64,000 nucleotides of DNA from a candidate division FCPU426 bacterium (GCA_040756875.1 JBFLYH010000002.1:350526-414525), one strand, 5' to 3'; counted from the stretch's first letter, positions 1 to 11,011 are shown. The notes: generated by a model not told the origin, from the letters alone. Numbers and translations are program-made.

Positions 1-772
1 TCCCAACGCTATTTTCATTCTCATGAGCCATTAGAAACGAATAATCCTCATTTCCAGCTTCCCGCCATTTTGTCCAAAATTCAATCGCAAATCCCGAATA
101 CTCATCAGACCCAAATAAATTGTTATATATTATATAAGTATAACTCGTCGGAAAATAACCAGCTCCACCATCATGCTGCACTTGATCATAATTAGGAGTT
201 CCGACAATAACCCCAGGGACGCCAACTTCACTATTTTGAACCTCATCTGGATTGCCCAACCTATTCCAAAATATCAGTCCCTCCGGTATCGGCGGCACAG
301 GGATATCAACATTCACGATCAAGGTGCCGGTATTGTTTTCCGGCGGATTCCCCTGGCCTGGAGGCGTAGGTTGGGGCGTGATGCTTCCCAGATCATCGGT
401 GACCGCAACCATGACTTCCGTGGTTTTGTTGGGTTTGACCACTGCCTCGGCCGCGCCGGCGTAAATCAACACACCTTGAGCATTAAATAGCTCAACGTAG
501 ATGTCCCAATGCCCCAGATGCACCGCTTCAAAAACCACTTGCCCGTTCTCGCCGTTGATCACCAAAGGTTCCTGGTGATAGAACATGCCCTTGGTGATAG
601 TTACCTGGCCCGAAGCCACCTTCTCGCTACCCGGTGCGCCGACGCTCTGGGCTTTCATAGATGAACCCAGGGCGCTCATGCCCGCAGGCGCGACCGGATT
701 GTTCTGCGCGCAGCCGGCCAACACCAAGCCTGCTATTCCCAGCAATAAGCCGATGCTGTATAGCTTTTTCAT
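1..772 (-). CDS. Lipoprotein, runs off the window start; possible LamG/ConA-like domain
   Basis: Not in the ORF track. Translated manually from ATG at 772 (GGAGG RBS): MKKLYSIGLLLGIAGLVLAGC lipobox, Pro-rich linker, AIEFWTKW motif; no stop found before base 1. Confidence 0.75.
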   Translation of the reverse strand, partial: MKKLYSIGLLLGIAGLVLAGCAQNNPVAPAGMSALGSSMKAQSVGAPGSEKVASGQVTITKGMFYHQEPLVINGENGQVVFEAVHLGHWDIYVELFNAQGVLIYAGAAEAVVKPNKTTEVMVAVTDDLGSITPQPTPPGQGNPPENNTGTLIVNVDIPVPPIPEGLIFWNRLGNPDEVQNSEVGVPGVIVGTPNYDQVQHDGGAGYFPTSYTYIIYNNLFGSDEYSGFAIEFWTKWREAGNEDYSFLMAHENENSVG

Positions 773-901
773 TTTGCCTCCCGAGATAGATTAAGATGGT
801 TTTAAGATTATTTGCAGCCAGCCTCCCTCTGCGGCGAACCCCTTTTTACTCGTCCACTTTCGAATCGCGCAATTCTCATGCATTATTAGGCTAAATAGAG
901 C

Positions 902-2578
902 TTATAATTCCATATGAACGCCCAGCAAAATATTCACTAGGCTTTCTTGAGGCTCTGGCGAGGACTTGGGTTCGCTGTATTTATTGTCGACAATAACCAA
1001 CAGATCCAGATTCATGCCTTCTATAATGTACGCACCCACCCCAGCGGAAATACGACCTGTGTACAGTTTCAAATCAACCACATTGCCGTCATTGTCCATA
1101 GCCCCGTCTTTATAGGTTGTCTGCAGCAAAGCATATCCCGCCCGAACCGCCAATTCGGGAATGGGCAGGAATTCAGCGCCCACGCGGAAGTTGTTGATTA
1201 TTCCGCCTTCCGAGGATGTTTTTCCCAAGCTATTTCCATCCAAGTCATACCTCTCCGTCTCGCTTTTACTGGCGCTGTTTTCGTACTGTAAAGCGCCCTG
1301 AAACTGCTTGCCGAGCGTTTGTACTCCAATTCCCACGGCAAAAGAACCCGAGTTGGTTACCGACGTGGAATTTTTATATGTCGCGTTTGGATCAGCAAAG
1401 GTGGGATCGTGCAAAAAGTACTCTCCATTGCCGCTGCCCCAGGTGGAATAGGAAAGGCCGGGCAATAGAACGACATCTTCCGCCACAGCGATTTTGCCGC
1501 GAACCACCGGGGTAATGCCCCATTGCTGCAATGCTTTCGTTTTTTGATCCGTATTGACCGGCCGTGCCGAAGGCGCCAAGGCGTCAAAACCCTGGTATTC
1601 AACTTTTCGATGATATTCATTCATTAAATAATCGAACAGCAACCCGGCCGAAAGCCAGCCGCCCAGATCGTAAATAGCTTCCGCATCGACAACCACGGGC
1701 ATTTGCGTGAGCGTTCGTTTGCTGGATACATCCCCAAGGACAGGATCATTGCCCTCCAAAACAACCGTCCCATTGTATGAACCTAGTATATCGGCCGAAG
1801 CAACCAAATACGTCCCAGCGTCAACCCCGAACCCCGGCGAGGTATCTTCTCCGCTAACGCCCAAGCCCAGGGTTAATTTGTCATCTCCTCCCAGATTCTT
1901 CACTTCATAAGCCAGAGCAGTGCGCCAATAAAGGTCACTGGATGCAACCTCAAATTTGGTCGTGGTGGCGCCTGCCAAAATCATTCCGCCAGGCATCCAC
2001 ATAACTGAGGCCAAATTGAAACTGCCCAGCAAGGAATCGGGTTTGGCGTTTGCACCCAGATAGGAAACCGCCGCTCCCAATGCCAGCCCTATGTCCAACT
2101 TATAAGCTGCGGATATCCCGCCGCCGTATAGATAGGATTTTAATTGATCAGTCCACTCGCCCGCGGAGGAAGCGCTTCGATCACTGATGTATTTGGCCGA
2201 CCCTTCCACGCTTGCTTGCACAACCGTGTTTTCATCAAGCCAGCAAGCAAGGCCTTGATATTCTCCGCCCGGCCGACCGGCTCCTATATCGCCGTATTTT
2301 AATTCCCACTCAGAAGTCGGGAAATCGAGCTTCCAATCTTGCGAATAGTAATTCAATCCGTAATCCAGCCGGTTCTTCTTTTCATCGAACGCCCTGCCAG
2401 CCACGTTTTGATGATTGAATATCGTTAAAGCGGTGGTCTCGTCCTCGATTCCCAACGTGGCGTTTCCCATGCTTTGCACTCTGACACCGGCATTGGTAGG
2501 CCAGCGCAACGCAATCGCGGGATTTGTACAAACACATATAACAGTGACAGTCAAACTTGCCAGCATCGCTTTTCTCAT
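902..2578 (-). CDS. Outer-membrane beta-barrel, divergent PorV/FadL-like
   Basis: Signal peptide; GVRVQSMGNA..EDETTAL..NVAG resembles the PorV/FadL N-terminal hatch motif; GAEF..LAVRAGY; amphipathic C-terminal strand. Confidence 0.65.
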   Translation of the reverse strand: MRKAMLASLTVTVICVCTNPAIALRWPTNAGVRVQSMGNATLGIEDETTALTIFNHQNVAGRAFDEKKNRLDYGLNYYSQDWKLDFPTSEWELKYGDIGAGRPGGEYQGLACWLDENTVVQASVEGSAKYISDRSASSAGEWTDQLKSYLYGGGISAAYKLDIGLALGAAVSYLGANAKPDSLLGSFNLASVMWMPGGMILAGATTTKFEVASSDLYWRTALAYEVKNLGGDDKLTLGLGVSGEDTSPGFGVDAGTYLVASADILGSYNGTVVLEGNDPVLGDVSSKRTLTQMPVVVDAEAIYDLGGWLSAGLLFDYLMNEYHRKVEYQGFDALAPSARPVNTDQKTKALQQWGITPVVRGKIAVAEDVVLLPGLSYSTWGSGNGEYFLHDPTFADPNATYKNSTSVTNSGSFAVGIGVQTLGKQFQGALQYENSASKSETERYDLDGNSLGKTSSEGGIINNFRVGAEFLPIPELAVRAGYALLQTTYKDGAMDNDGNVVDLKLYTGRISAGVGAYIIEGMNLDLLVIVDNKYSEPKSSPEPQESLVNILLGVHMEL

Positions 2579-2597
2579 TAAATCCTCCTTGGCATCT

Positions 2598-5500
2598 TTA
2601 ATTGATCAGTGCCACTTTTTTCCTTTGTTCCAAGACCACTTTACCCGCACTGTCCGTAATCCTAATCCTACAAATATATATCCCCGGCGCCACGCCGGCA
2701 GCCTCCCAGGTCGTGGTCAGGGTCTGCCCGGCCCCGCCGTCCTTGCGTTCTTCAATATGCACCACCCGCTCACCGGTCAGGCGGTAGATATCGATCTCCA
2801 CCTTCCCTGCCCCGCTCAGCGTATACGCGAAGCGTACTTTTCCGCGGGCCGGGTTGGGATAGGCCATTACCTTGCCGCTTTCCAGCCAGGGCGCCTGCGT
2901 CGGCGTTGCGGTCGGAGTGAGCGTTGGCGTCAGCGTGGGCGATTGCGTGAACGTGGGCGTTAGGGTGATCGTGGGCGTGTGGCTGGGGATCAATTCCACC
3001 ATGGCCGCCATGGCCGCTTGGCCGTTGGCCAGGGCTTCTTCTTCGTTATCATAAACCATCTCCTGTCCCTCGAGCCCTGTCCCATCCTCAGCACTTGCAC
3101 CTTTTATCTTCCCGGGCAACACAATGATCACGATATATTTCCGGCCACCCAGGCCAAGATTGTCCACTTTTATGATGTTCAGATCCAAGCGCTCGTCCGA
3201 GGCGCTAAATACTGCGCCGGCTGGCTCAGCATTGGCCCCTGTCAGAACGTAGGTTTCCGGTTCCCCTGCGAATGTGCCGCTGCCAAGCAGAACCTGATAA
3301 TGCACGCGGATATTGGGCTGGGGTTCTTGATGGTATTTCGATATAGCCAGCAAGTTCTGACTATGACCGGGATTCATGACATGACCCTGCTCTGGCCAAG
3401 CTTTGATCTGCTGGGGCGTACGCGGCGTCGGTGTGATTGTGGGCGTCGTTGTCATCGTACTGGTTTCGGTAATTGTAGGAGTCGTGGTCAAAGTCGCGGT
3501 GACTGTTGCGGTCGGTGTAATCGTGGAGGTGGGCGAAGGCGTGGGCGTGTAATTGAGGACCACCACCCAAGGCTGCAGGATCGTCTCCGCCTGCGTGAAG
3601 TCGCCGTTTCCGATCGCCGCGTTGGCCGCATCCGCCGCGGCCTGGGCATCCGGATCATTGGCCAGGTTGTGGCGGATCATATAGATCCAATACGGCACCC
3701 ACCAATCGCCGCTGTTGGGCGCCTTGTTTTTGATCGCCGCTACGCCGTCCCGGGTCAGATCCAGGTACCGGAACAACGCCTCGCGGGGAGTACTAAAACT
3801 CATGCTTGCGGCCATGACCACATTGGCCAAGGGGCTGAAGCGGGCCGCGCCTTTGAGCAGTGCGGAAGCGATGCTCGCTCCCTTCATCCCGCGCACCGAA
3901 CCGCCGGTCACTCCCAAGTAATCGAAACTGAATTCCACCGACGGCTCGATGTTTGTACCTTCAAACCAGTCGTTCCAGGAGGCGATCTGGACCACCGGAT
4001 AGCCGTTGGCCCTGACTCTATTCAGGTGATACGGGAAGAGGTACTCGTTCCCTTCCTTGCGCGGGATGCCGCGCCGGATGCCAGCGCCCCACCCCATCAC
4101 GCCCCCGTCGTCAAAGCCCGGCCAGGCGCCGCTCCCGACAAAGCTGTACTCTCCGCTTAAAACCTTGTAACGGGCATTGAGGTCTTGACCGGACCATATG
4201 GATGTTTCCAGGCTGAAATCGTTGTAGACATCATAGGGCGGGTTTGCGGGACCAGTGATCACTGGCCAGTCAAAAAACCCTTCGAACACATCTTTATATT
4301 TAACACTCCCGCCTTCCAACTCGGCCGAATGTTCGGTTTGGCGGATACTCGTAACCAAGATAGGCGACACCCCGCCATGCGCAGTTGTCCAGGCATCTTT
4401 CCAGTCTTTCAGTTCCTGCGCTGACAAACGGCCATAACCCCGGGTGCCAAAGTTTTCCTCATAGCTGAAGATATATACAACTGGCCGGCCGTTGATTTTG
4501 TATTGAACGCCATCATAGCCAGCTTCCAGGAACAGCTCCAGCCAATGAGTGAGGTCATTCTTGGCCGCTGCGGCGGTATCAGCCCGGTTGCTCCAATTCA
4601 CCCATTTCCACTGGGTTTTATCCTCGTAGACCATGAGCGCGCTGAAATGACGCCGGGTCTCGTCCTTGAACTGCTGCAAGTAACCCCGCATCGCGCCGAC
4701 ATGCCAGGACTCCACGCCGGGCTGCAAAACCCCGCCGGTTATTTGATAGTAGGATTGCAGATCAAACGTACCGCCGTCCATATCCGCGTAGATCAGTTCG
4801 TTACGATGGGCTTCCACCAGCGCCGGATCCGTCGTATCCCACGGCCCCCCCAGGTTGTAATCCGGCGTGACGTCCGGGTCGGGATTGGGGAAATAGGGAT
4901 AGTAGACCGAGGCAACATCGCGTTTATTCGGCGCAACCAGGTTGTCGGGATTGTGCCCATTCTCGTTCCAGCCATGCCACTGGTTGTCGTCTTGGGCTGT
5001 ATAGACGTTGGGATTCCCGAAACTCATCATGAAGTGCCCCAACACCACGGGCGTAGCCTGGTCCATCAGGGAGCTGTGAACCGGAGTGGGTTCGGGCGTA
5101 TATCCCGGGAAAGGTTTTCGCACTTTAACATAATCCACAACCACATTCTTGCCGCCACTGCCTTCCACCACGATTTCCAGCGAGAAACTGTGCGTCCCAG
5201 TCCAGCTCCAGCCAGTAATGGCCATGAAATCAAATGTATAGATACCCGGCTGGCTGGCGCCTGATGGATTGAGATTCACATATAACCAAGCACCCTCGTT
5301 TTGCCGGATACTGAGTTTCCAGTCGGCATTTATGGAAACCTCAGCCACCGAAATTTCCGCGACATGATACGTGGTTACGTCGCAAGTGATGGCTCCGGTT
5401 TCCACCTTGCCCCACGAATCCGCGGAGGTTTTGGTGACCGCGCCGTAGGAATTCGTGGCGGCATAACCTTGCAGAACGTTATAGCGATTTGGCCACAGTC

Positions 5501-8500
5501 CGAGCGGTGCGCCGGGAGCTCCGATAAAATCGTCTTCCCAAGCTATATCTCCGGCAACAGGCAGATAGGGCGTGGGTGTCGAGGTGGGAGTAATGGAGGG
5601 CGTCGCGGAACTGGTCGGAGTTATTGTCGGAGTCAAAGTGGCGGTGGATGTCGGCGTATGGGTCGGAGTCAACACGATGGTTGGGGCTGTGCCCAAACTC
5701 GTCAGATAATAATAGGGGAAAGGGTTTAGACGCTGGTCAGGGAGATCAAACGTGCCGTTTCCGTTTCCGCGAATAAAATACAATTTATAAAGCCCGCCCG
5801 TTCCCTGACTGCTGATAATGACGTCTTGCTTACCATCATGATCAAAATCAGCCACGGATGCGTCTCCGGCTCCCGGCAGGTCACAGCCGGAATTATCCTG
5901 CGGATTCAAATCATATGCCAGCACCGGCGCCTGAAATGTACCGGTCCCGGTTCCCAATCGAATATATGCCGCACCCGGGTCATCATCGTCATCATGTCCG
6001 TATATCACATCCAAATTGAGGTCATTATTAAAATCGCCGCTTATCATTCGTGATATATTAGGCGCAGTAAACAGATATTGAGGGGCAGCAAAGGTTCCAT
6101 TCCCTTGCCCCGGATGAATATATAGAGGCGTCGTGAAATCGCAATAGTTTGAATACACTTGGCAACGAATAATATCCGCATTGCCATCCCCATTGAAGTC
6201 ACCTACCACCATATCTCCGGCATATTCATAAGAGCCGAGCGTTGACCAGGAAAAGACCTGCGAAATATTCACATTATTATTGTGATCATTTATTCCAACC
6301 TTAAGGTAATGGGGATTCGGAGTGGTCGACTCCATGAAAACGAGGTCGTCGTACCCATCATTATTTATATCTATCGACCGACATCTCCCGGGCGGCGTGT
6401 ATGTGAAAAGGAGCTTTTTTGTAAATTGAATTGCAGGCTCGATTTGCTGAGTAATGTACAAATAAGCGTTCCCGTCGGCTGTCATCACTGCAATATCATC
6501 ACGGTAACCATCATTATCAAAATCTCCAAGTGCTGTCGAATAAATCGTGCCCCCGCCGGTTTCATCATACACCACAGGCGTATCGAACGTGCCATCCTGG
6601 CGGCTTTTCAGAAGGTATAATGTGTCAATCTCACTGCCGTCTAAACCTGCCATAATGACCATTTCATTGATTGCGAAGGGCCCGGCTGTCGGCGTGCCCG
6701 TCGCGGTGATCGTTATCGTCGGAGTGGGCGTGCCTGTCGGCGTAATGGTAAACGTTTCCGTTATGCTGGGAGTGGCGGTTTCTGTCGGCGTCATGGTCAC
6801 GGTAGGTATGAAATCAGTTACAATCAATTTTATCCCGTCTGTCTTCGATGTTTGACCCAGACTATCCACCACATTCACACGCCATTCCCCCAACGACACT
6901 CCCGAAAGATCAAAGTCACATGTTAAAGCGGCATTATCAACGGCATTAACGTTCGTGGCCCAAACATCTCCGAATCCCGGCCTCGTCAACCTCACTTGAT
7001 CAACCACGCCTTTATCATCGTTATAGTAATTCCCAGTCACTTCAAAGCCTATCAATGGCAATGGCAAGGATTGCGTGGGATTGATTGCCGTAATGACCGG
7101 CACGGGTTTATGGACTCTTTGAATGAATATGTCATTGGCATCATTTCTGGAGTCCTGCCAAACCAGCAGAGCGCCCCCCTGGCCATCGGACGCCAAAGAT
7201 CCCATAGACTGATTTCCCATAACATTCACAACCGGCAGTCCGGTTGACTCCCACCGCAAATCCCCGTCCGCTTTGATCCTTTGTAGAAAAACGTCGCATC
7301 CGTATTGATACGGATAGTTGTTATTTCTCCAGTCATTCCACGCAATATAAGCACCGCCACTGCCATCGGCAATCATTTGAGGAGCGGCCGGGCCGTAGTT
7401 TGTATATCCGCCACCCCAACGCGCAGACTCCCACAGTTTTGTTCCCGTCGGATCGAAGCGGAGCGTTTTCGCGTAAGGTATAGTATTCCATTGCTGGTTC
7501 CACGTTAAAAAAGCACCTTGGTTATTATCAGTTATAATTTGCAATGATTTATTGCTTTCGGTCCAAGTCAAATCTGCTGCCGCCCGAATGCAATTGCCAT
7601 TGGCATTCCACGTGATCATCCCGCTTCCATTCAAATGTTGGGCGTAAATGTCGTCATAATACACCCAACTTCCCGCATATATCCTGCGCCGGTGATCTCC
7701 CCAAACCAGTATTAAGCCACCCAATCCATCCGAAGCTATGGCAACGCCTCCTTGGCCGTAATCGGCGTCGCACACGCAAATCCCATTGTTTAACCATTGT
7801 TCTAATCCGCCGGAATCGATTTTTTGAGTATAAATGTGACTGACGCCGTCACGCGAATCTGTCCAAGCGACGTAGGCCCCGCCACTTCCTTCCGCAATGA
7901 GTGCCGGCTCTGTTTGCGTATTGGCGGCACTGCAAACCGCCAGGCCATTTGCGCCCCACAAGCCGTTGCCATTGTCATCTATCTTTTGCACGTAAATGTC
8001 GCCGCCATCATTTCTGGCGTCTTGCCAGGCCAACAATGCGGCATTACCGTTGACGACCTTTAATGACGTTTGATTGCCATTGGCCGAACAAACAACCTCG
8101 CCATTCATCGTCCATAACGGATTGCCGTTTTGGTCAATACGCTGCCCGTAGATGTCCCAGTTCCCATTCCTGTCGTCTTCCCAAAAGACTATTGCGCCGT
8201 TTTGACCATCCGGAATAATCTTGGGATTTTTTTGATCGCCGGAAGAACTACTAATCACAATTCCCTCGACCTGCCAAATGCGTTCCCCCCACGTATTGGT
8301 TCTCTGGGCATAAAGATCATAACTGCCACTCCGGTTATCCTGCCACACCGTGATGGCTCCGCCTTGGCCATCCGCACAGGCTTGCGGGTTTTCCTGAGAA
8401 TCACCGGCAAGGCACACTTCCTCCCCCTGGTCCCTCCACATCGCGCCAGGCAAAATAACCGGGGTAGGGGTTATGGTTGGCGAATGTGTTTTTGTCGGCG

Positions 8501-9929
8501 TAAGGGTCGGGGTGTCGGTTTGTTCTGGCGTGGGTGTCGGTGTAAGCGTCGGAGGCGCATCCGGGACCGATATCCTTTGCGCATAAATATCCGGAGCTTC
8601 GTTTCGCGAATCTTGCCAAGCGATGATCGCTCCACCGGCATTATCGCCGACTATTCTCGGCCTGACCTGGTCATGGTCCTCGTTGCCCAAACGAACCCCG
8701 TTGCTCGGCAAGAGATTCAATCCGTTATAATCAAGGCATTGGTAATAAACATCATGGTTCCCATTTTGATCGCTATCCCAGGCTATGATCACATTCCCAT
8801 ACCATCCGGCCGCCAATTGCGGGGTTACCTCTTCTCCCGGCCCTGCCGAGACAGCCCGTCCCGCGCCTTCCAATAATTGGGTCCCGTTTCCGTCAATATA
8901 TTGGATAAAAACATCATTCGTTCCGTTTCGAATGTCAGACCAAGTCACAGCCAATCCGCCCGAAGGGGCCGCGATGGCATCCGCGGATGTTTGGTCGTGG
9001 CTTTCAGTGCATATGATTTGGCCGGAGGCAGACCACAAACGCTGTCCAACGGCGTTAAGCCGTTGGCAATAAATGTCCATATTCCCATTGCGGTCATCCG
9101 ACCATATATAGGAAACACCGCCCTGCTGATCGGAGAGCATTTTGATTAATTGTTGATTGTGGTTTTCCTGGCAGACAGAAACGCCGTTGATTGTCCAGAG
9201 CGGCGCGCCCGTGGCATCGAGGCGTTGACAATAAATATCTGTATTTCCATTTCGATCATCGGACCAGGAAATATACACTCCCCCATTACCATCCGGCACC
9301 AATTGAGGATTGTTCTGATTTCCAGTTAAAGAACAAACAGGACGGTCCGACGTCCCCCACTGGATATTTCCCGTTCCGTCTATTCTTTGGGAATAGATGT
9401 CGTTATCACCGTTCCTTGTATCCACCCATGCCATGAACAACCCGCCTTGCCCGTCGCCAATGGTCCAGATCCATTGCTTGGACCGGGTCGCCGCAAGGGT
9501 ACCTGACCATATCATCTGGCCGTTTTCATCCAGATGGACTGCCAGTGTCCTAGGTCCTGTACTGCTCCAACCCGAGTTATCTTGTCGAGAAACATAGAAT
9601 GTTCCACCCTGGCCATCCCGGCAAAAAGAGTATTGCGAAAGATAGTTGTCGTTGTCTTTAATGGCTTTACCATCCGCTTCCCACAGCGCTTGTCCATTGC
9701 CATCCAGATGTTGTGAAAACAGGCTCCACCGCCATTCATCACTGCGATTGTCCGACCACAACACCAATGCCCCGCCTTGATCATCGGTTAGTATCATTTG
9801 TCCGGTTTGGGTATTTGTTGCAGTACAAACAGCGACTCCATCGGCTTGCCACAGTTCGGCCGCCATAGTGACCGATTGCAGAGGCAATATCAGAATGAGC
9901 GAAAAAAACATGACCCTGATTTTTATCAT
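2598..9929 (-). CDS. 2443-aa modular secreted protein: two beta-propellers, Ig-like, FG-GAP/VCBS, GH71/99-like hydrolase, T9SS-type CTD
   Basis: DGxGG..WxDxRNG..DIYxQR repeats; GDFNGDGxxD repeats; PGFDD and SWNDWFEGTNIEP motifs; TP-rich linkers; AYPNP..IY.L.G..W..APGIY..KVALIN C-terminus. Confidence 0.85.
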   Translation of the reverse strand: MIKIRVMFFSLILILPLQSVTMAAELWQADGVAVCTATNTQTGQMILTDDQGGALVLWSDNRSDEWRWSLFSQHLDGNGQALWEADGKAIKDNDNYLSQYSFCRDGQGGTFYVSRQDNSGWSSTGPRTLAVHLDENGQMIWSGTLAATRSKQWIWTIGDGQGGLFMAWVDTRNGDNDIYSQRIDGTGNIQWGTSDRPVCSLTGNQNNPQLVPDGNGGVYISWSDDRNGNTDIYCQRLDATGAPLWTINGVSVCQENHNQQLIKMLSDQQGGVSYIWSDDRNGNMDIYCQRLNAVGQRLWSASGQIICTESHDQTSADAIAAPSGGLAVTWSDIRNGTNDVFIQYIDGNGTQLLEGAGRAVSAGPGEEVTPQLAAGWYGNVIIAWDSDQNGNHDVYYQCLDYNGLNLLPSNGVRLGNEDHDQVRPRIVGDNAGGAIIAWQDSRNEAPDIYAQRISVPDAPPTLTPTPTPEQTDTPTLTPTKTHSPTITPTPVILPGAMWRDQGEEVCLAGDSQENPQACADGQGGAITVWQDNRSGSYDLYAQRTNTWGERIWQVEGIVISSSSGDQKNPKIIPDGQNGAIVFWEDDRNGNWDIYGQRIDQNGNPLWTMNGEVVCSANGNQTSLKVVNGNAALLAWQDARNDGGDIYVQKIDDNGNGLWGANGLAVCSAANTQTEPALIAEGSGGAYVAWTDSRDGVSHIYTQKIDSGGLEQWLNNGICVCDADYGQGGVAIASDGLGGLILVWGDHRRRIYAGSWVYYDDIYAQHLNGSGMITWNANGNCIRAAADLTWTESNKSLQIITDNNQGAFLTWNQQWNTIPYAKTLRFDPTGTKLWESARWGGGYTNYGPAAPQMIADGSGGAYIAWNDWRNNNYPYQYGCDVFLQRIKADGDLRWESTGLPVVNVMGNQSMGSLASDGQGGALLVWQDSRNDANDIFIQRVHKPVPVITAINPTQSLPLPLIGFEVTGNYYNDDKGVVDQVRLTRPGFGDVWATNVNAVDNAALTCDFDLSGVSLGEWRVNVVDSLGQTSKTDGIKLIVTDFIPTVTMTPTETATPSITETFTITPTGTPTPTITITATGTPTAGPFAINEMVIMAGLDGSEIDTLYLLKSRQDGTFDTPVVYDETGGGTIYSTALGDFDNDGYRDDIAVMTADGNAYLYITQQIEPAIQFTKKLLFTYTPPGRCRSIDINNDGYDDLVFMESTTPNPHYLKVGINDHNNNVNISQVFSWSTLGSYEYAGDMVVGDFNGDGNADIIRCQVYSNYCDFTTPLYIHPGQGNGTFAAPQYLFTAPNISRMISGDFNNDLNLDVIYGHDDDDDPGAAYIRLGTGTGTFQAPVLAYDLNPQDNSGCDLPGAGDASVADFDHDGKQDVIISSQGTGGLYKLYFIRGNGNGTFDLPDQRLNPFPYYYLTSLGTAPTIVLTPTHTPTSTATLTPTITPTSSATPSITPTSTPTPYLPVAGDIAWEDDFIGAPGAPLGLWPNRYNVLQGYAATNSYGAVTKTSADSWGKVETGAITCDVTTYHVAEISVAEVSINADWKLSIRQNEGAWLYVNLNPSGASQPGIYTFDFMAITGWSWTGTHSFSLEIVVEGSGGKNVVVDYVKVRKPFPGYTPEPTPVHSSLMDQATPVVLGHFMMSFGNPNVYTAQDDNQWHGWNENGHNPDNLVAPNKRDVASVYYPYFPNPDPDVTPDYNLGGPWDTTDPALVEAHRNELIYADMDGGTFDLQSYYQITGGVLQPGVESWHVGAMRGYLQQFKDETRRHFSALMVYEDKTQWKWVNWSNRADTAAAAKNDLTHWLELFLEAGYDGVQYKINGRPVVYIFSYEENFGTRGYGRLSAQELKDWKDAWTTAHGGVSPILVTSIRQTEHSAELEGGSVKYKDVFEGFFDWPVITGPANPPYDVYNDFSLETSIWSGQDLNARYKVLSGEYSFVGSGAWPGFDDGGVMGWGAGIRRGIPRKEGNEYLFPYHLNRVRANGYPVVQIASWNDWFEGTNIEPSVEFSFDYLGVTGGSVRGMKGASIASALLKGAARFSPLANVVMAASMSFSTPREALFRYLDLTRDGVAAIKNKAPNSGDWWVPYWIYMIRHNLANDPDAQAAADAANAAIGNGDFTQAETILQPWVVVLNYTPTPSPTSTITPTATVTATLTTTPTITETSTMTTTPTITPTPRTPQQIKAWPEQGHVMNPGHSQNLLAISKYHQEPQPNIRVHYQVLLGSGTFAGEPETYVLTGANAEPAGAVFSASDERLDLNIIKVDNLGLGGRKYIVIIVLPGKIKGASAEDGTGLEGQEMVYDNEEEALANGQAAMAAMVELIPSHTPTITLTPTFTQSPTLTPTLTPTATPTQAPWLESGKVMAYPNPARGKVRFAYTLSGAGKVEIDIYRLTGERVVHIEERKDGGAGQTLTTTWEAAGVAPGIYICRIRITDSAGKVVLEQRKKVALIN

Positions 9930-9997
9930 ATGAAGCTCCCCTCCGATTTGGCCACTACATCGTCATGGTTAAACTGAATACAATATCCTAAATCTCC

Positions 9998-10180
9998 CTA
10001 TTTAATTAATCGATCTTTGGCTTTCCTTACCTTGCCACTTTACCCGTACTGTCTATGATCCTCGTTCGTTAAAGGTAAATTCCCGGTTTGATGTCGGCGG
10101 CGTTCCAGATCATGGTCAGAGTCTGTCCTGCCGTCCTTATTTATCTTACTTTCATGACTGTTTTATTCCGGCCAAACGAG
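9998..10180 (-). pseudogene. Decayed fragment of a T9SS-type CTD coding sequence
   Basis: Minus strand reads GQTLTMIWNAADIKPGIYL*RTRIIDSTGKV, versus GQTLTTTWEAAGVAPGIYICRIRITDSAGKV in the 2443-aa protein; contains stops and indels; ends LIK*. Confidence 0.8.
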
Positions 10181-10372
10181 CGTTTTTGTTTTTGAATCAA
10201 TCACTAAATACTCCGGACGTTTTTTCTTCAAGACTTTCTTTTCTGGTTGGGTGGTTGTAGATAAAAGCCGGAAAAGCTTCCAAAACGAGGCTTTATTGGA
10301 TAGGACCTTTAACTGGGCTTCCATTGGCTGTCCCCCCCAGATTTGCCAAACGAATTTTACGGATATTAAACT

Positions 10373-11011
10373 TTAGAGTCTTCCGGTTGCCCTATTATTA
10401 CAACATTTTTTCCCATAGAGAATAACACTGCTTGTAAGGTCGCTATTGCTCTTTTTCATCAATTCAGCCAACTGCTTTTTCGCCCGTGTCAGTCTCACCC
10501 CGAGGGCGCGGGGCGTGCATTGCAATTCGGCCGCGGCTTCGGCATAGGTGTATCCCCGCAGATAAACCAGAATCAGAGGGTCGCGATATGTTTCATGCAG
10601 GAAGTAGATCATTTTGACCATTTGTTCCAATTGTTCGCGCAAGGCGTTTAGATCTTCTGGATTTTGTTCGGAAGCTGGCAGGCAGTTTTCGAACCAGCTT
10701 TGTTCGGCAAGCGGAAGGGTTTTGACGACATGGGCCATTTGCAAGGCCATATGCTTGTAGCAGGTGTTGACTGTCACGCGATACAGCCAGGTCCACAGCC
10801 TGGCTTCACCGTGAAAGGTGCTGATTTTCCTTTGCCCTAATACCTTTAAAAATACATTTTGGGCCGCATCGTGGGCTTCAGACGACCGGAGGAATTGGAA
10901 GCATACGCTTAGAACACGGGGATAATAGCGCCGCGCGATTTCGTCGCCGCTGGCTTGATTCCCGGCCATAAATCGGCTGATAAGCGTTTGATCTTCTGTA
11001 TTACAAATCAT
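10373..11011 (-). CDS. ECF sigma-70 factor
   Basis: AHDAAQNVFLK, FHGEARLWTWLYRVTVN (region 2); YTYAEAAAEL..VRLTRAKKQL (region 4); likely ATG at 11011. Confidence 0.9.
   Translation of the reverse strand: MICNTEDQTLISRFMAGNQASGDEIARRYYPRVLSVCFQFLRSSEAHDAAQNVFLKVLGQRKISTFHGEARLWTWLYRVTVNTCYKHMALQMAHVVKTLPLAEQSWFENCLPASEQNPEDLNALREQLEQMVKMIYFLHETYRDPLILVYLRGYTYAEAAAELQCTPRALGVRLTRAKKQLAELMKKSNSDLTSSVILYGKKCCNNRATGRL

Noticed and set aside
9998-10180. Decayed CTD copy as a DGR template repeat
   Set aside because: No reverse transcriptase nearby; differences include indels and are not adenine-specific
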